A stretch of 51,899 nucleotides of DNA from Thraustochytrium aureum (lineage: Eukaryota). Positions 25,033 through 37,833 of the stretch are shown in pieces. How positions within the stretch are numbered: the stretch's first letter is position 1; each line of letters begins with the position of its first letter. Made by a program: the position numbers and the translations under genes. Below the pieces are notes generated by a model, which saw only the letters and a program-made list of their open reading frames with translations, did not search any database and was not told the origin of the DNA. The stretch covers positions 41,641-93,539 of the forward strand of contig BLSG01000044.1 in assembly GCA_012862495.1 (NCBI GenBank), read 5' to 3'.

Positions 25033-25076
25033 GGCCGGCATTGGCCGGCATTGGCCGGCATTGGCCTGCATTGGCC
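25033..25076. repeat. 10-bp tandem repeat (GGCCGGCATT)x4 downstream of PheRS
   Basis: Three perfect copies and one copy with a single mismatch. Confidence 0.9.
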
Positions 25077-25553
25077 CGGGCGTGGGCAGCAGCAGCCTCG
25101 CTTTGCGCCGAGGCACCTCGCTGGACTGGCTTGGGCCGGTGTGCGGAGGATTTCTCCACGTGCCCATGGGGCGCGCGGACGGTACTTGGGTAGATTGTAA
25201 ACGACCATCTTCTCGCTGCGCCCTGGGCTGCGTTGACGAGCTTGGCTGCCTTGCCAAGCTTTTCTGTGCAAGCCTTGCCTTGCACGTCTCCTTGGCAAGT
25301 TACGTGAGCCCGCGCCCAACCCGCGTGCAGGATCATTCGGCTCGGTTACTCGAGTACCGTTCGAAGCGTTGTGCGCGTTGTTTGATTTCAAGATAGCGAC
25401 CAAGTTGCAGCGAGCTGCAGCTGCTCTTTGGTGAAACGGCCAACGACAATGCCAACCCATCTACGTCGCGCTGCTGCCTGGTGAATGCTGCTGTCTGGTG
25501 ATCTACCGGTATCTATCTATGAGTGGCAGCAGTATTCCTTCGCTTGACGTCCA

Positions 25554-25582
25554 GATGGATGGATGGATGGATGGATGGATGG
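25554..25582. repeat. (GGAT)n microsatellite
   Basis: About 7 tandem GGAT units. Confidence 0.9.
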
Positions 25583-26325
25583 TCGTCGACGGGTGGATGC
25601 ATGGATCATGCTGTTTTGTTCCTTTGGCTGCTCGATCGGCTGCTCCATGCTGCATGTATTCGTTGCTGCCCGTTTCCCCACCCCACTTGCTGTGAGGAGG
25701 CCTTTAAAAATCACCACGTTGGCCGCTATGGATGGCACGACCATCTAAATGGCCTAGATCAAAGCGTATGCTCTTCTGGAGCCTCCAACGGACCTGGACA
25801 AAGGTCCATAGACTGTGCGACAGGCGAACAAGTAGCCTTTAGGCGGGGAGACGGCACAATCTGCCCGGCGGGCCTTTGTCGGGGAGCTCAACGACCACCT
25901 ACCCACTTAGCTACTTCCATCCTTCGATAGGCTCAAGTGGGCGGGACGCGCCAGTGAGCTAGCTCGCTCGCTCTTCAGAGAGCTTGTTATTCTTCTTTGG
26001 TGCGGCGCTGCTGTCTGCTGACCGTTTCTCCCTCCATACAAACAGCTCGATCAGTGGATGTGGCGGTTGGTCGGGGCCGCCGATCGATCGAAACGTTTGC
26101 ACTTGCTCCTCTGGTCTGGCGCTCAATCTACTCATCTACCCACAACCTCTCTCCGACGCTCTCTCTCCGACGGGCTTGGAAGCAGCAGCACGGCAAGCCC
26201 CGACGGCGGGCAGACCTCAAACTCTTCGGCACTAAGCGCTCCACTTTTCAGCTCGCGTCGCAGAGCCATAGACAGATCGAGCGTCCGAAACGAGACCCAG
26301 CGGAAAGCCCAAGACAGCGAACGAG

Positions 26326-26841
26326 ATGGCTTCCATCGCAAGCGGTGCGGGTGCTGCGGCGGCCGCAGGCAAGACCAAGACCATCAGCAGCGGCGAGTCC
26401 GTGACGCGTCGCCTCCAGCAGGAGCTCATGGCCCTCATGAAGGAGAACGACCCCAACGCCACCGCGTTTCCGGATGGCGACAGCCTTTTCAACTGGTCTG
26501 GCTCGATCACTGGCGCCCCAGGCACTGTTTACGAAGGCCTCAAGTACAAGCTCACCATCGCCTTCCCAGATAACTACCCCTACACGGCTCCAACGATCAA
26601 GTTTGTCAACTGCTGGCACCCCAACGTGGATGCTCATGGCAACATCTGCCTCGACATCCTCAAGGAAAAGTGGTCGGCTACCTACAGCGTGGCAACGATC
26701 CTTCAGTCGCTCCGCTCGCTGCTGAGCGACCCCAACAACGACTCGCCGCTCAACGGCGTTGCGGCGCAGCTCTGGAGCAACCAGGCAGAGTACCGTGCGG
26801 TTGTCCTGAAAAAGTACAATGAGGCTGACTCGAAGAAATGA
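26326..26841 (+). CDS. UBE2C: Ubiquitin-conjugating enzyme E2, UBE2C/UbcH10-like
   Basis: VTRRLQQELMALM, AFPDGDSLFNW, YPYTAP, HPNVDAHGNICLDILKEKWS (catalytic Cys) and LLSDPNNDSPLN, plus the N-terminal extension typical of E2-C. Confidence 0.9.
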   Translation: MASIASGAGAAAAAGKTKTISSGESVTRRLQQELMALMKENDPNATAFPDGDSLFNWSGSITGAPGTVYEGLKYKLTIAFPDNYPYTAPTIKFVNCWHPNVDAHGNICLDILKEKWSATYSVATILQSLRSLLSDPNNDSPLNGVAAQLWSNQAEYRAVVLKKYNEADSKK

Positions 26842-27780
26842 GCTTGCCTTCCTGGCAGCTCGTGCGGCTTCAAGCGAGTCCGTTCAATAGTGCGGACACG
26901 ATTCCCCTTGCGTGTTGGCGATGGGCAGTGCGCCCTAGGACATTACACAAGGCAGAAAGAAGGCTTTGTGCCGCGTGGTGGGCGAGATCCCATCGATTTG
27001 GCGCGTAAGGAGCAGGTTCGCTTGCTCGCGCACACGCACCCCTGACCTGTTTGAACACATGAGAAAAACCCTAGTCTGTTGGCATGTACACAGCCTCACG
27101 CGAACGTGGCAATGGCAGTGCTCTGTGAGGCGCTCCTGGAGCATCCATCGCAAGCAAGGTAGGCCTATCAGCAAACAAACTTTTATTACTCTCTGCATGG
27201 CATGCTCGGTCGCTCGGTCTGGCCTTGGGTCTGGCCTTGGACAGCGAGGCGGGTGACGGAGCGCGTTGCGCAACAAAACGTTTGCGACGTGCTTGGGGCG
27301 CGAGGCGCTTGGAGCACGAGTTGCTTGGCGCTCGAGGTGCTGCTTGGAGCGGGTCCCGACGTGCTTGAAGCGCGAGCTCCGACACCTCTTGGTTCAGCGG
27401 GGCAAGATGGGAACTGCAATCGTTCTGCTGACGGGCCTTCCCGCTCAGCAAGCTTCGCCCGCCCACATCTGAGCCCTGCACAACCCACTGGGTGNNNNNN
27501 NNNNNNNNNNNNNNNNNNNNNNNNNNNNNNNNNNNNNNNNNNNNNNNNNNNNNNNNNNNNNNNNNNNNNNNNNNNNNNNNNNNNNNNNNNNNNNNNNNNN
27601 NNNNNNNNNNNNNNNNNNNNNNNNNNNNNNNNNNNNNNNNNNNNNNNNNNNNNNNNNNNNNNNNNNNNNNNNNNNNNNNNNNNNNNNTCGGTAGCTTGCT
27701 TTTCAGGGCGGCAAGAAGGCGACAAAGATCCTGAGCAGCACCATGCTCGACATTTAACTAATACACCAACGACCGGCTCG

Positions 27781-27831
27781 CCACGACGCGCTGCACCGAC
27801 GGCGCACCACGACGCGCTGCACCGACGGCGC
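27781..27831. repeat. 26-bp direct tandem duplication
   Basis: CCACGACGCGCTGCACCGACGGCGC(A) occurs twice, head to tail. Confidence 0.85.
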
Positions 27832-28436
27832 TCAGGGAGCGGATTTCCGCAGAGGGAACAACTGCATGCCTTCCGATGCTGCTTTTCCAGCGCCACCCGC
27901 ATGAAGATACGCAAACAAAACCGCGCGACCGCAACCGGGCCCTCACGCGCGAGGAGCCCGCCAGCGCCGAGGCCCGCTTCCCCACCGTCAGCCAGGACCT
28001 AGGCCGCTTGTCCGTTGAGGTCGGACCACGATAGATCCGTTCACGAGTATGTGGTTTCGTATGTGGCGCCCAGCTCGAGTCGCGCGAGGCCATCGATCTC
28101 GACCGACCGATCGACCAATCCACGAGCAGGCAGCCTGGCAGGCAGCAAGGCAGCCAGTCAGCGTGCTAGCCAGCCAGCCGGTCTGCTAGTGGCATCGGAC
28201 TCTGCATGAGCTGTCGCGGCGGGCGGGGCTGCGAAACGCTGCCGGCAAGGCTGGAGTTGCACAGGAAATCGAGCGCGGCCATCGAGCGGCCGACCGCACG
28301 TGCGCAAGGCGCGGGTTGACGTGGATCGCAATTCCTGAAGACCTGACTGAGTTGCCGCCGCAATTGCCGAAAGTGCCCTGGGCGGTGTTGCGGCACGGCC
28401 GAGGCGGCTCGGGTCGCCTGAAGCGGCCAGGGCGGC

Positions 28437-29180
28437 ATGGCGTTTGCATCAAGCCGCAGCAGCGCGGCAGCGACGCCGCTGCACCTGGCGGTACGGGATC
28501 CCGAGAGGCTACAAAAGTTGATCGAGAATGAGCTGCCAGGGTATATCGAGAAGAAGCAGTATATGGATGGAACCGATGGCAGCGCCGGAAGCATCCTGCA
28601 GTGCGCCGTGCTCGCAGGAAACGTCGAGTCTGCGCGAATTCTGCTCGAGTTTGGCGCAGATATTAACGAGCAAGATGCGCTCGGGCGCACCCCGCTGATC
28701 CACGCCTGCTCCGAGGGCAACGAGGAGCTCGCCCGTTTCCTTGTCTCCGCAGGCGCGGACTTCAACGTGCAAGACCACGACGGGCAAAATTGCGCCCACT
28801 GCGCCTTTTGCATGGACCACATCGAACTCGGCAATTGGCTCGTTGAGCAAGTGGGCGTCGACTCCGCGGCAATGGATGCTGACGGAAACACGCCGCTCGA
28901 CTGGAGGCGCCTTCACGACCTCGGCGACGACGATGCGCTCGAGGCCAAGGTCCAGCAGCTCGAGTTTGAGCAGAAACACGAGGACAGAGCGCAAGGTGGA
29001 AGCTCCCCAGAGAAAGACGAAGTGCACGAGCTTGAGGAGCGCAAGCTGGCCGAAGCCAGGAAGGAAAGCAACGCTTTCGTGATTAACGGGGAGGAGAACA
29101 ACTTTGCTGCAGGGACAGGGCTCCGCGCTACAAGGTGGCTCCGAAAGAGCGACAACGGGGTCATTTGCTGTGACGAGTAG
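28437..29180 (+). CDS. Ankyrin repeat protein
   Basis: Ankyrin consensus repeats TPLHLAV, LLEFGADINEQDALGRTPLIHAC, LVSAGADFNVQDHDGQNCAHCA and DADGNTPLD. Confidence 0.88.
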   Translation: MAFASSRSSAAATPLHLAVRDPERLQKLIENELPGYIEKKQYMDGTDGSAGSILQCAVLAGNVESARILLEFGADINEQDALGRTPLIHACSEGNEELARFLVSAGADFNVQDHDGQNCAHCAFCMDHIELGNWLVEQVGVDSAAMDADGNTPLDWRRLHDLGDDDALEAKVQQLEFEQKHEDRAQGGSSPEKDEVHELEERKLAEARKESNAFVINGEENNFAAGTGLRATRWLRKSDNGVICCDE

Positions 29181-29263
29181 CTCGAGCCGTCCTTTGTAAT
29201 GACGAATCGCTCGAGCCCTCCTTTGTAATGACGGATCGCTCGAGCCGTCCTTTGTAATGACGG
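29180..29263. repeat. 29-bp tandem repeat x~3 starting at the stop codon of the ankyrin gene
   Basis: Unit GCTCGAGCC(G/C)TCCTTTGTAATGACG(A/G)ATC at 29180, 29209 and 29238 (last copy partial); no spacers. Confidence 0.9.
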
Positions 29264-29483
29264 TGTGATTGACAAACGAGCAACGTTTTTATTGACCTAA
29301 GCAGAACGCTTGCCGCCTCCGCGCGCTCCGCCCTCAACGGGGCCTGCGCAGCCAGCCCCGCCTGGCGTCTCTCCAGCTCCAATCTGTCTCCAACCAGTAG
29401 ACTTCCTTTCTTCCAATTTTGCTAGCTAGAAGCGATTTCGTTCGACATTCACCAACCGCAAGGCCTGCGCGGCGGCGACAAAA

Positions 29484-31241
29484 TCAAGCGCTAGCCTGCA
29501 AGTGCCTCTTTATTGCGCCTTGGAGCGCCTCAGCTGCCCCCGCTGGAAGCCCCTGCGCGAAAGCCCGGACCTGCTCGGGGCACTTGGTCGCAATTTCGAC
29601 CAGATTCGCTCTCGCCGCTTCGCGCACCGCAGCTTCACGCGCATCGCACGGGCCTTCGGCCAGAGACAGGAGGGCCAACAAGGTAAACTGCGCAACGGAC
29701 GGGCACGCTTGGCAGCCCGCACAGAGCACCCCCGCGGCAGCCGCCGGCACGCTCTCGCCATCGATTCCAGACTCGTCAGCGGCAGTCCAGCTTAGAGCTA
29801 GCGCGATGGCAGGCCCAGCTCGGGCCAAGACCACCTCTTTCGCGCCTTGCGACAATGCGCTCCCAAGCAGAGCTTGACGAAGCTCGGCGAGGCAGGCAGC
29901 AGCAGCCCAAGATTCGCCCCGCGAAAGCGACGGAACGACTACGGCGTCCACGAACCGTGCGGCGCGCTCGACGCTCTCGCCATCGCCATCGCAAGTGCTT
30001 CCAAGTGCCACGCGAGCGCACGCCGAGAGTCTTGCCTTGGCAAGGTCGACGCCTGCCCCCGTTATCGTCGCGCCAGCGACCAGCCCAGCTGCGCCTGCGA
30101 GCGCCTCCTCGAAGCTGCTCTCGCTCCCCGCGAAACTGGAGAGCAGCGAAGCGGCCGCCCCGTCCACAGCCGCAGCGGAGCGCGAGCGAAGCAGGACCGC
30201 GAGGAGTCCAAACTCGAAAACGCGGCGGTACTCATCGCGGCAGGGCGCCGGGGCAGCGGAGGCCAAACGGGCCAACACTGTCGCGGCAAGGGTTTGCACA
30301 GTCTCGTGGTGGGAGCGCCGCAAACCGCTTTCAGAGTGCCTCGCTGCCCCGACCTTGCCCGTTGCAAAGGCCCTCAGGTCGCGCAACCCAAGGGTCTTCT
30401 GAAGCGGCGATGCCGTCGACTCTACCAAAATGTGCCACAGAGCGAGGTCGGCGTCGCGCTGGTGGTCGGTGATGAACGCGAGCGTGGGCTTCGAGCGCAA
30501 AAGCGCCCCTATGACCTTGAACGCCGAGACGAGGCCCGCCTCCAAGGGGCCCCCGGGTGGCTCTCCCGGAGACCGCAGCGCTTGGTCCACAAAGCTCGAA
30601 ACCGCGGCCAGCAGCGCCCTTATGAGGTCCCGTGGAACGCCCTGCGGCCCCTCGGCCACTGGGCCTATCAATGCCGCGCAGGTCTGGAGAAGGCAAGTCT
30701 GTGCGACAACGGGGAGAGAGGCGCTCGACACGTTATAGAGGTGCGTGCATGCCAACAAGAGGACAGCGGGGTTCGTCGACGTCGTTGGCAGCGCCTCAGC
30801 CGCCACGATGGCACGCGAGAACACCCAGAACGCATCGAGGTACACGGGGAAGAGCAAGTAAGCGTCCTCCGCCTCCGCAAACTCGAGCGAGCCGCGGCCT
30901 AGTGACATGCCGGGGCTGAGCGGGGCGAGCAGTACTGCCAAGTCGTTGGCGGCCCGTTCCCAGGCCCGCGACACAGCGCCACTCGGACCCAAAAGAGGGG
31001 CGAGCGCCTTTGCGACTGCACTGCGCGACGCCGCCGCACTCTTCTTTCGCCGTTTGTCTTCCTTCTTCCCGGCGGACGAGCTGGTCCCGAGAGAAGCGGC
31101 CCCAGGCACGATCTCCACCCCGCTCGCTGCAAGGTAGAGGCGTGCGAGTGCGACCAAGCGGACAAGCATCATCTCACTTCGAACAGACGGCTGGTACGAC
31201 ATGTAGGCATCCGCCGCGGCGGTTTGCTCGTCGTCGCCGCT

Positions 31242-31276
<35 letters not shown>

Positions 31277-34200
31277 GAAAATCGTTGTCGCCGCAGATGC
31301 CGGCCACGCCGTCCTGATCCCGACCGCGCAGCTCGTGCGGGACGAGGAGGGCGACGATCCTTTGCGCCGAAGTCGACACGTTGCTGGCGAGGAGCTCAAC
31401 TGCAAGGGTCGAGACAAACGGGAGCACGAGCGGCGAGGCAGAGAGCGCCAAGCCAGGTCCAAGCGTGGCCGCAAGCTGGACCTCAAACTGCTTCAAGACG
31501 CCCTGACCGGGCGCATGCGGGTCCGCGCTCGACGCGAAGAGGCGCACTAGCTTGACGAGCGTGCAATAGCCGAGCAAGGCCACTTGCGGGATCTCGGCGC
31601 TCTGGATCTGGCCATTCGCCGCCTGGCAGGCGCCCGTGAGCAGCTCTTGAAGGTGCATGCAGATGAACTGTCCACTTTCAGCGGTACCCAGCTTGCTCAG
31701 CGTCTTGCGGGCGTGCACGAGGTCCCAGTGCACCCGATACAGTTTGCAGGCGGCGAGGACATCGAGCATGCCTTCGACAGCCAGGAGCTTGGTCTCCCAG
31801 GAGCATTTGCGCAAAACTTGGAGCGAGTACCTGCCAAGCTGCGTGCTTGCCGCGACTGCCCCAGAATCGTTGAATGATCCCTCTGGCGCTGCTTGGCTTG
31901 CCAGCGCGCTCTGGGCCGCAGCGGCTTCCTCGTCGTCCGCGCCGCCAGTCTCGGCACCCAGCCCCCCCTGCTCGACTGACCTGCTCTCGAGCTCGGTGGG
32001 GTCTACGACAGAGCCGGTCATGATTCCGCGAAATAGGCGCATCCACATTGTCAGCGAGGCAAGGTGCTCAACATCTTGCGCCGTGAGCTTGCCCTTGTCC
32101 TTGGCCGCTGCAGAGACCTCGCGCTGCGACAGGGCAATAAGCTTGGCAAGTATTGATAGGACAGCCTGCCGGACGGCCGACAGGTCGCACCAGGACCACT
32201 CGAGCTTGGAAACCGCGGCAGCAGGTGCGAGTAAGCCAGAGTCAGCGCCTACCCCACGGTATTCTTCGAGCGGGTCTGAGCCGCGGTTTGGCAACGTGCT
32301 GCGGCGGAGCATATATGCGCCGAGTCCAGATGCGCTCAGCGGAGGCACGACCCAGTCTTGCACTGGCGCCATTCTGTAGCTTTCCTCGAAAGCAAACATG
32401 GCCAGCGCGCCCCAGTGGACGAGCTGCGTAGCAGACGCCGCATGGCTCTGGGACGCGAGCGAGCCCCCCTGCACGCCGCACGCAGCGCCAAGGTCGCGCT
32501 CAACAAGATGGAGGAGCGTGGAGAGCGCAGCAACTCGTAGCTCGTTTCCGTGGTCAGATCGCAGGCCCAGAATGTGGCCTTGCAAAAAGCTCTGCACTGC
32601 GGCCTTGGTATGCTCGTGGCCCATGATCAGCTCCGGCTGGAACAGCAGTATCTGGTGCACCATCTTGACGCATTCGAGTTGCAGCACAGGAAAGTCTGCG
32701 AAGCGGCGCAGGGTGTCCCAAAAGTTCACAAAGCGGTGCGACTCGACGTCGGGGCGCGACATTTCCGGGCCGAGGCCCGCGATGAGCGCGTTCGCGAGGC
32801 GTGCCAAGCACGTGTACGTGCCAACGCACGCTTGCGTGGAGCCATACCCGCCACGACTTGGGTGGCCTGCGGGGGCCAAGAGGTGTGCGTTAATGAGGGC
32901 CATCGAGGGTTTGAACCGCTTGCCGATGTCCACGCCGTCGCCTTCGACTACGACTTGCCAGGCGTGCAGCGCCCAAGTGCGCACCGGCTGCGACGTCACT
33001 TTGCACATGTCGTAAATAGTGTTGATCTTGAGGTAGCGGGCATCGTGCATCGAGGCCTCGCGCCATACAAGCGCGTACGTGAGCGCAACGCCGGCTTTAA
33101 AGTAGNNNNNNNNNNNNNNNNNNNNNNNNNNNNNNNNNNNNNNNNNNNNNNNNNNNNNNNNNNNNNNNNNNNNNNNNNNNNNNNNNNNNNNNNNNNNNNN
33201 NNNNNNNNNNNNNNNNNNNNNNNNNNNNNNNNNNNNNNNNNNNNNNNNNNNNNNNNNNNNNNNNNNNGGAGTCGCCACCTTGAGTACTCGTTGGCTGCTG
33301 TTGCGGGGGGGGCTTGGCCTCATCTGAGCTGGGGCCAGCACCCGTGCCTCCTGCCGGCGGGGCCCCTGGGCCAGTCTTGGGGCCCGCCGAGTGCGCTTCT
33401 AGCTTGCGCTTGAGGGTCGCCGCGACGGAGAACCCAAACTCGGGCCCCGCCAGGCGCGTGAGGAGCGCAAGCCCATATGCGGCCGCGCGTCGCACCTCGC
33501 CCAGCGGGCTGGAGAGCGCTACGCAGAGCAGGCCTTTGTACTTGGCAAGCCATGGGACTCGCTTCGCGTCGAAATTGAGCCCAGCCGATGCGAAGAGGCG
33601 GAACACCGAGACGCTGACCACCAGCACGTTGCGGAGCACAGACGCCTGCGACCCCGTGGTGTTAACCTTTAGCGTCGCTACGAAGGCTTGCACGGTACGG
33701 TCGTGTTCGGCATGCGACGAGAGATGGGCAAGGCAAACCGACGAGACAGTGACGGCGGCGTCAACACAGCGAACAAGAGTTCGCGGGTCGGGTGCGGCCA
33801 CCATGCCGAACGCCGGGCAGTTGTCTCCTGGCGCCGGGCTTGCGCTGCCTTCAAGGGCATTTGCGCCTACAAGCGCGACCCGCTGTTGCGACGCATTGCA
33901 CGACATGCTGGTCATGCAGAGGAGAGAGGTAGCGGTCATCTCGGCTTCCGTGAGCTGCTTGGCGCAAAGGAGCAGCTCAAGGCGCTGGCTTGCGGGGCTC
34001 GTAAGCTCAAAGGACCAGTTGCGTCGACCCAAGCAGCCAGGCCCATTGAACCAGACCGACCCGGCTGCGTCGACCTCCGGCATGGACGTGTCCAAGATGT
34101 CGTCGGCCTCTGGGAGGAGCGTGGGCGCACGAAGCAGCGAGTTGGGCTCTTCCGTTGCGTTCTCCAGGTTGAGGACGTAGCGCAGCGCGAGGTTGGCTAG

Positions 34201-36941
34201 CGGTTCTGCGACGGCTGCTCGGTGCAGGCGGAGCGCTTGGCGAGGCAGCCAGCATGCTGCCGCAAATACGTTTGCGTGGAGCTCAACGCGCGGCGCGTCC
34301 TGAATGTCGACCCCGGAAGGCGAGCACAGCGGGCCCTCAAGGACCTGCTCGAGGAGCACGAGAACGGCCCGGGCAGCTGCGGGCATGTCTTGCAAAAGTA
34401 ACTGGTTGCAGCGGACAAAGCAGTGCAGGGCGTGCATCGCCGCGCGAAGACAAGTGCAGTCCAGAGTGGTCTGGCTTGCTGCGCAGGCTTCCACGGTGCT
34501 CTGCCAGGCGTGGAAGAGTTGCGTGAGGTTGTCTGCGCACCACGCGGGGCCAAGAGAAGAAAGCGCGCCCACAAGGTGCCATCCGCACGCCGCCACTTGC
34601 GAAGCAGCGCCTGGATCCATCGAATCGTCGTGCTGGCGGGAGATCATCGACTTGGCATACCCAAGAAGTGCCATGGAGNNNNNNNNNNNNNNNNNNNNNN
34701 NNNNNNNNNNNNNNNNNNNNNNNNNNNNNNNNNNNNNNNNNNNNNNNNNNNNNNNNNNNNNNNNNNNNNNNNNNNNNNNNNNNNNNNNNNNNNNNNNNNN
34801 NNNNNNNNNNNNNNNNNNNNNNNNNNNNNNNNNNNNNNNNNNNNNNNNNNNNNNNNNNNNNNNNNNNNNNNNNNNNNNNNNNNNNNNNNNNNNNNNNNNN
34901 NNNNNNNNNNNNNNNNNNNNNNNNNNNNNNNNNNNNNNNNNNNNNNNNNNNNNNNNNNNNNNNNNNNNNNNNNNNNNNNNNNNNNNNNNNNNNNNNNNNN
35001 NNNNNNNNNNNNNNNNNNNNNNNNNNNNNNNNNNNNNNNNNNNNNNNNNNNNNNNNNNNNNNNNNNNNNNNNNNNNNNNNNNNNNNNNNNNNNNNNNNNN
35101 NNNNNNNNNNNNNNNNNNNNNNNNNNNNNNNNNNNNNNNNNNNNNNNNNNNNNNNNNNNNNNNNNNNNNNNNNNNNNNNNNNNNNNNNNNNNNNNNNNNN
35201 NNNNNNNNNNNNNNNNNNNNNNNNNNNNNNNNNNNNNNNNNNNNNNNNNNNNNNNNNNNNNNNNNNNNNNNNNNNNNNNNNNNNNNNNNNNNNNNNNNNN
35301 NNNNNNNNNNNNNNNNNNNNNNNNNNNNNNNNNNNNNNNNNNNNNNNNNNNNNNNNNNNNNNNNNNNNNNNNNNNNNNNNNNNNNNNNNNNNNNNNNNNN
35401 NNNNNNNNNNNNNNNNNNNNNNNNNNNNNNNNNNNNNNNNNNNNNNNNNNNNNNNNNNNNNNNNNNNNNNNNNNNNNNNNNNNNNNNNNNNNNNNNNNNN
35501 NNNNNNNNNNNNNNNNNNNNNNNNNNNNNNNNNNNNNNNNNNNNNNNNNNNNNNNNNNNNNNNNNCGTCGTGCTGCTGCGCCGGCTGCTGTAGCTGGTTG
35601 TTGTGCTGGTGCGGAGGAGGGGGCCGCCCTTGCTGCCCGGACACGGCTTGCCCCGCCAGGCCAACCGTCTCGGGGCCGGCGCAGAGCGCGGCTGCAAGCT
35701 TTAGTCCCGCTTGGAGGAAGCGCTCGTGGTTGAAGCTGTCTCCGTCTCGTTGGAGCGCGCGCAAAAGGTGAACGGCGGCCTGCACGAAAGCGGTTTTCAC
35801 CTCAGCGGTCGCGGCGGCCTCAAACCCGGCGCGGAGTGTCTCGCACGCGGACTCGAGTGTATAAGCGCTCGGGCCCTCCGACTTTTTTGCCGTAAAAGTG
35901 GGGAACGAGCTCGTGAAGCCGCGCAGCTTGGACGACGGCGAGGCACCGGTCCCCGAGGCGGACTTGGCCGCGGAGGCAGTGAGGCCGAGTCCGATGCCGC
36001 GCATCATTGACTTTGAGGCGAGCTGAGCAAGTTTGCTGGTTCCGCCCGAGGCCTTGGCCGGCCCCCAGCTGCGGGTCCGTCGGCGCCGCCAGCGCCGAGG
36101 CCAACTCCGGGGCCTGGAGCTGCGGCAGGCTTGGTGTCCGACGAGGTGGCGGCCGAACTTTGCGAGGCGCGCTCAGCAGCAAGCGACGAGAGGACCGACA
36201 TTGCGAGAATGAGCCCCAAGGACTCTGCAAAGCCGAACTGGACGGCCAAGGCCGTGTCGTGGAGTCCCTTGAGGCAGAGCGAGACCAAGGTGTCGAGTGG
36301 GGTCGTGGTGAACTCGTTCGACTGGAGCGCCAGGGCGAGCGCGCCTTCCGCCGCGGCTAGGCGTACAGCTGGCGACTTGTCTTGCGCGGCGCGGCCGAGC
36401 AGTTTGACAAATTCGACGTGGCCCGACTTGCCTGCCGAGCCACTGCCTGTGACGCCCTTTGTCGCGGCTCGGATTGCGGCACAGCGCAGCTCGTTCTCGA
36501 TTGGCCGCGCGACGGTAGCGGTGGACGACTTGAACAATTTCAGCGCAGACGCGATGGTTTCACCGAGATGGCCGGCTAGCAGCCGCCCCTGCGCGCACGA
36601 GGCGATCGCGCCCAAGCAGTGAAAGGCTGCGGTCTTGCCCTCTGGGGACAAGGTGGACTTGGGGCCCATGTGGTCTTGCAAGTCGCCGGCCACGGCCATG
36701 ATGTTGCGCGTGTCGCCCATGTCGAAGAGCGCCACCCAGAGCGACCCGAGCAGCTCGTTGAAGCTCGGCGAGAGGCACATTTGGCTAAACTGCCCGAACA
36801 CCACCTCCTTGAGGGCTTTTTCTATCGTCGGCTGAACGGCCCGCAGCTCGCCCGCCTCGAGGCCTTCCACGAGCCTCAGCAGCTGGTTGAGCCCATGAAA
36901 CGTCTTGACCTCTGCCGAGTGAACGCTCTGAGTCGGAGACA
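29484..36941 (-). CDS. HEATR5: HEAT repeat-containing protein 5 (HEATR5/Laa1/SWEETIE family, AP-1 accessory factor); 5' end in gap, 2 internal gaps, apparent frameshift at ~36062-36066
   Basis: Alpha-solenoid with motifs resembling HEATR5B as I recall it: CGWHLVGALSSLGP..LFHAW, VRRAAAYGLALLTRL, VRTWALHAW, CLARLANALIAGLGPE, LKQFEVQLAATL. Confidence 0.8.
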
Positions 36942-37833
36942 NNNNNNNNNNNNNNNNNNNNNNNNNNNNNNNNNNNNNNNNNNNNNNNNNNNNNNNNNNN
37001 NNNNNNNNNNNNNNNNNNNNNNNNNNNNNNNNNNNNNNNNNNNNNNNNNNNNNNNNNNNNNNNNNNNNNNNNNNNNNNNNNNNNNNNNNNNNNNNNNNNN
37101 NNNNNNNNNNNNNNNNNNNNNNNNNNNNNNNNNNNNNNNNNNNNNNNNNNNNNNNNNNNNNNNNNNNNNNNNNNNNNNNNNNNNNNNNNNNNNNNNNNNN
37201 NNNNNNNNNNNNNNNNNNNNNNNNNNNNNNNNNNNNNNNNNNNNNNNNNNNNNNNNNNNNNNNNNNNNNNNNNNNNNNNNNNNNNNNNNNNNNNNNNNNN
37301 NNNNNNNNNNNNNNNNNNNNNNNNNNNNNNNNNNNNNNNNNNNNNNNNNNNNNNNNNNNNNNNNNNNNNNNNNNNNNNNNNNNNNNNNNNNNNNNNNNNN
37401 NNNNNNNNNNNNNNNNNNNNNNNNNNNNNNNNNNNNNNNNNNNNNNNNNNNNNNNNNNNNNNNNNNNNNNNNNNNNNNNNNNNNNNNNNNNNNNNNNNNN
37501 NNNNNNNNNNNNNNNNNNNNNNNNNNNNNNNNNNNNNNNNNNNNNNNNNNNNNNNNNNNNNNNNNNNNNNNNNNNNNNNNNNNNNNNNNNNNNNNNNNNN
37601 NNNNNNNNNNNNNNNNNNNNNNNNNNNNNNNNNNNNNNNNNNNNNNNNNNNNNNNNNNNNNNNNNNNNNNNNNNNNNNNNNNNNNNNNNNNNNNNNNNNN
37701 NNNNNNNNNNNNNNNNNNNNNNNNNNNNNNNNNNNNNNNNNNNNNNNNNNNNNNNNNNNNNNNNNNNNNNNNNNNNNNNNNNNNNNNNNNNNNNNNNNNN
37801 NNNNNNNNNNNNNNNNNNNNNNNNNNNNNNNNN

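Noticed and set aside
27960..28070. Faint resemblance to 5S rRNA on the minus strand (TGAACG..GTCCGACCTC..AAGC..GGTCCTGG)
   Set aside because: Identity is patchy, helix II pairing is not preserved, and there is no terminal helix or poly-T terminator; probably chance.
26850..28430. Possible small gene between UBE2C and the ankyrin gene
   Set aside because: No recognisable domain, no clear codon bias and no convincing splice model; the region is also interrupted by a gap.
29180..29263. CRISPR-like 29-bp palindromic repeats
   Set aside because: The units are directly adjacent with no unique spacers, there are no cas genes, and the context is eukaryotic.
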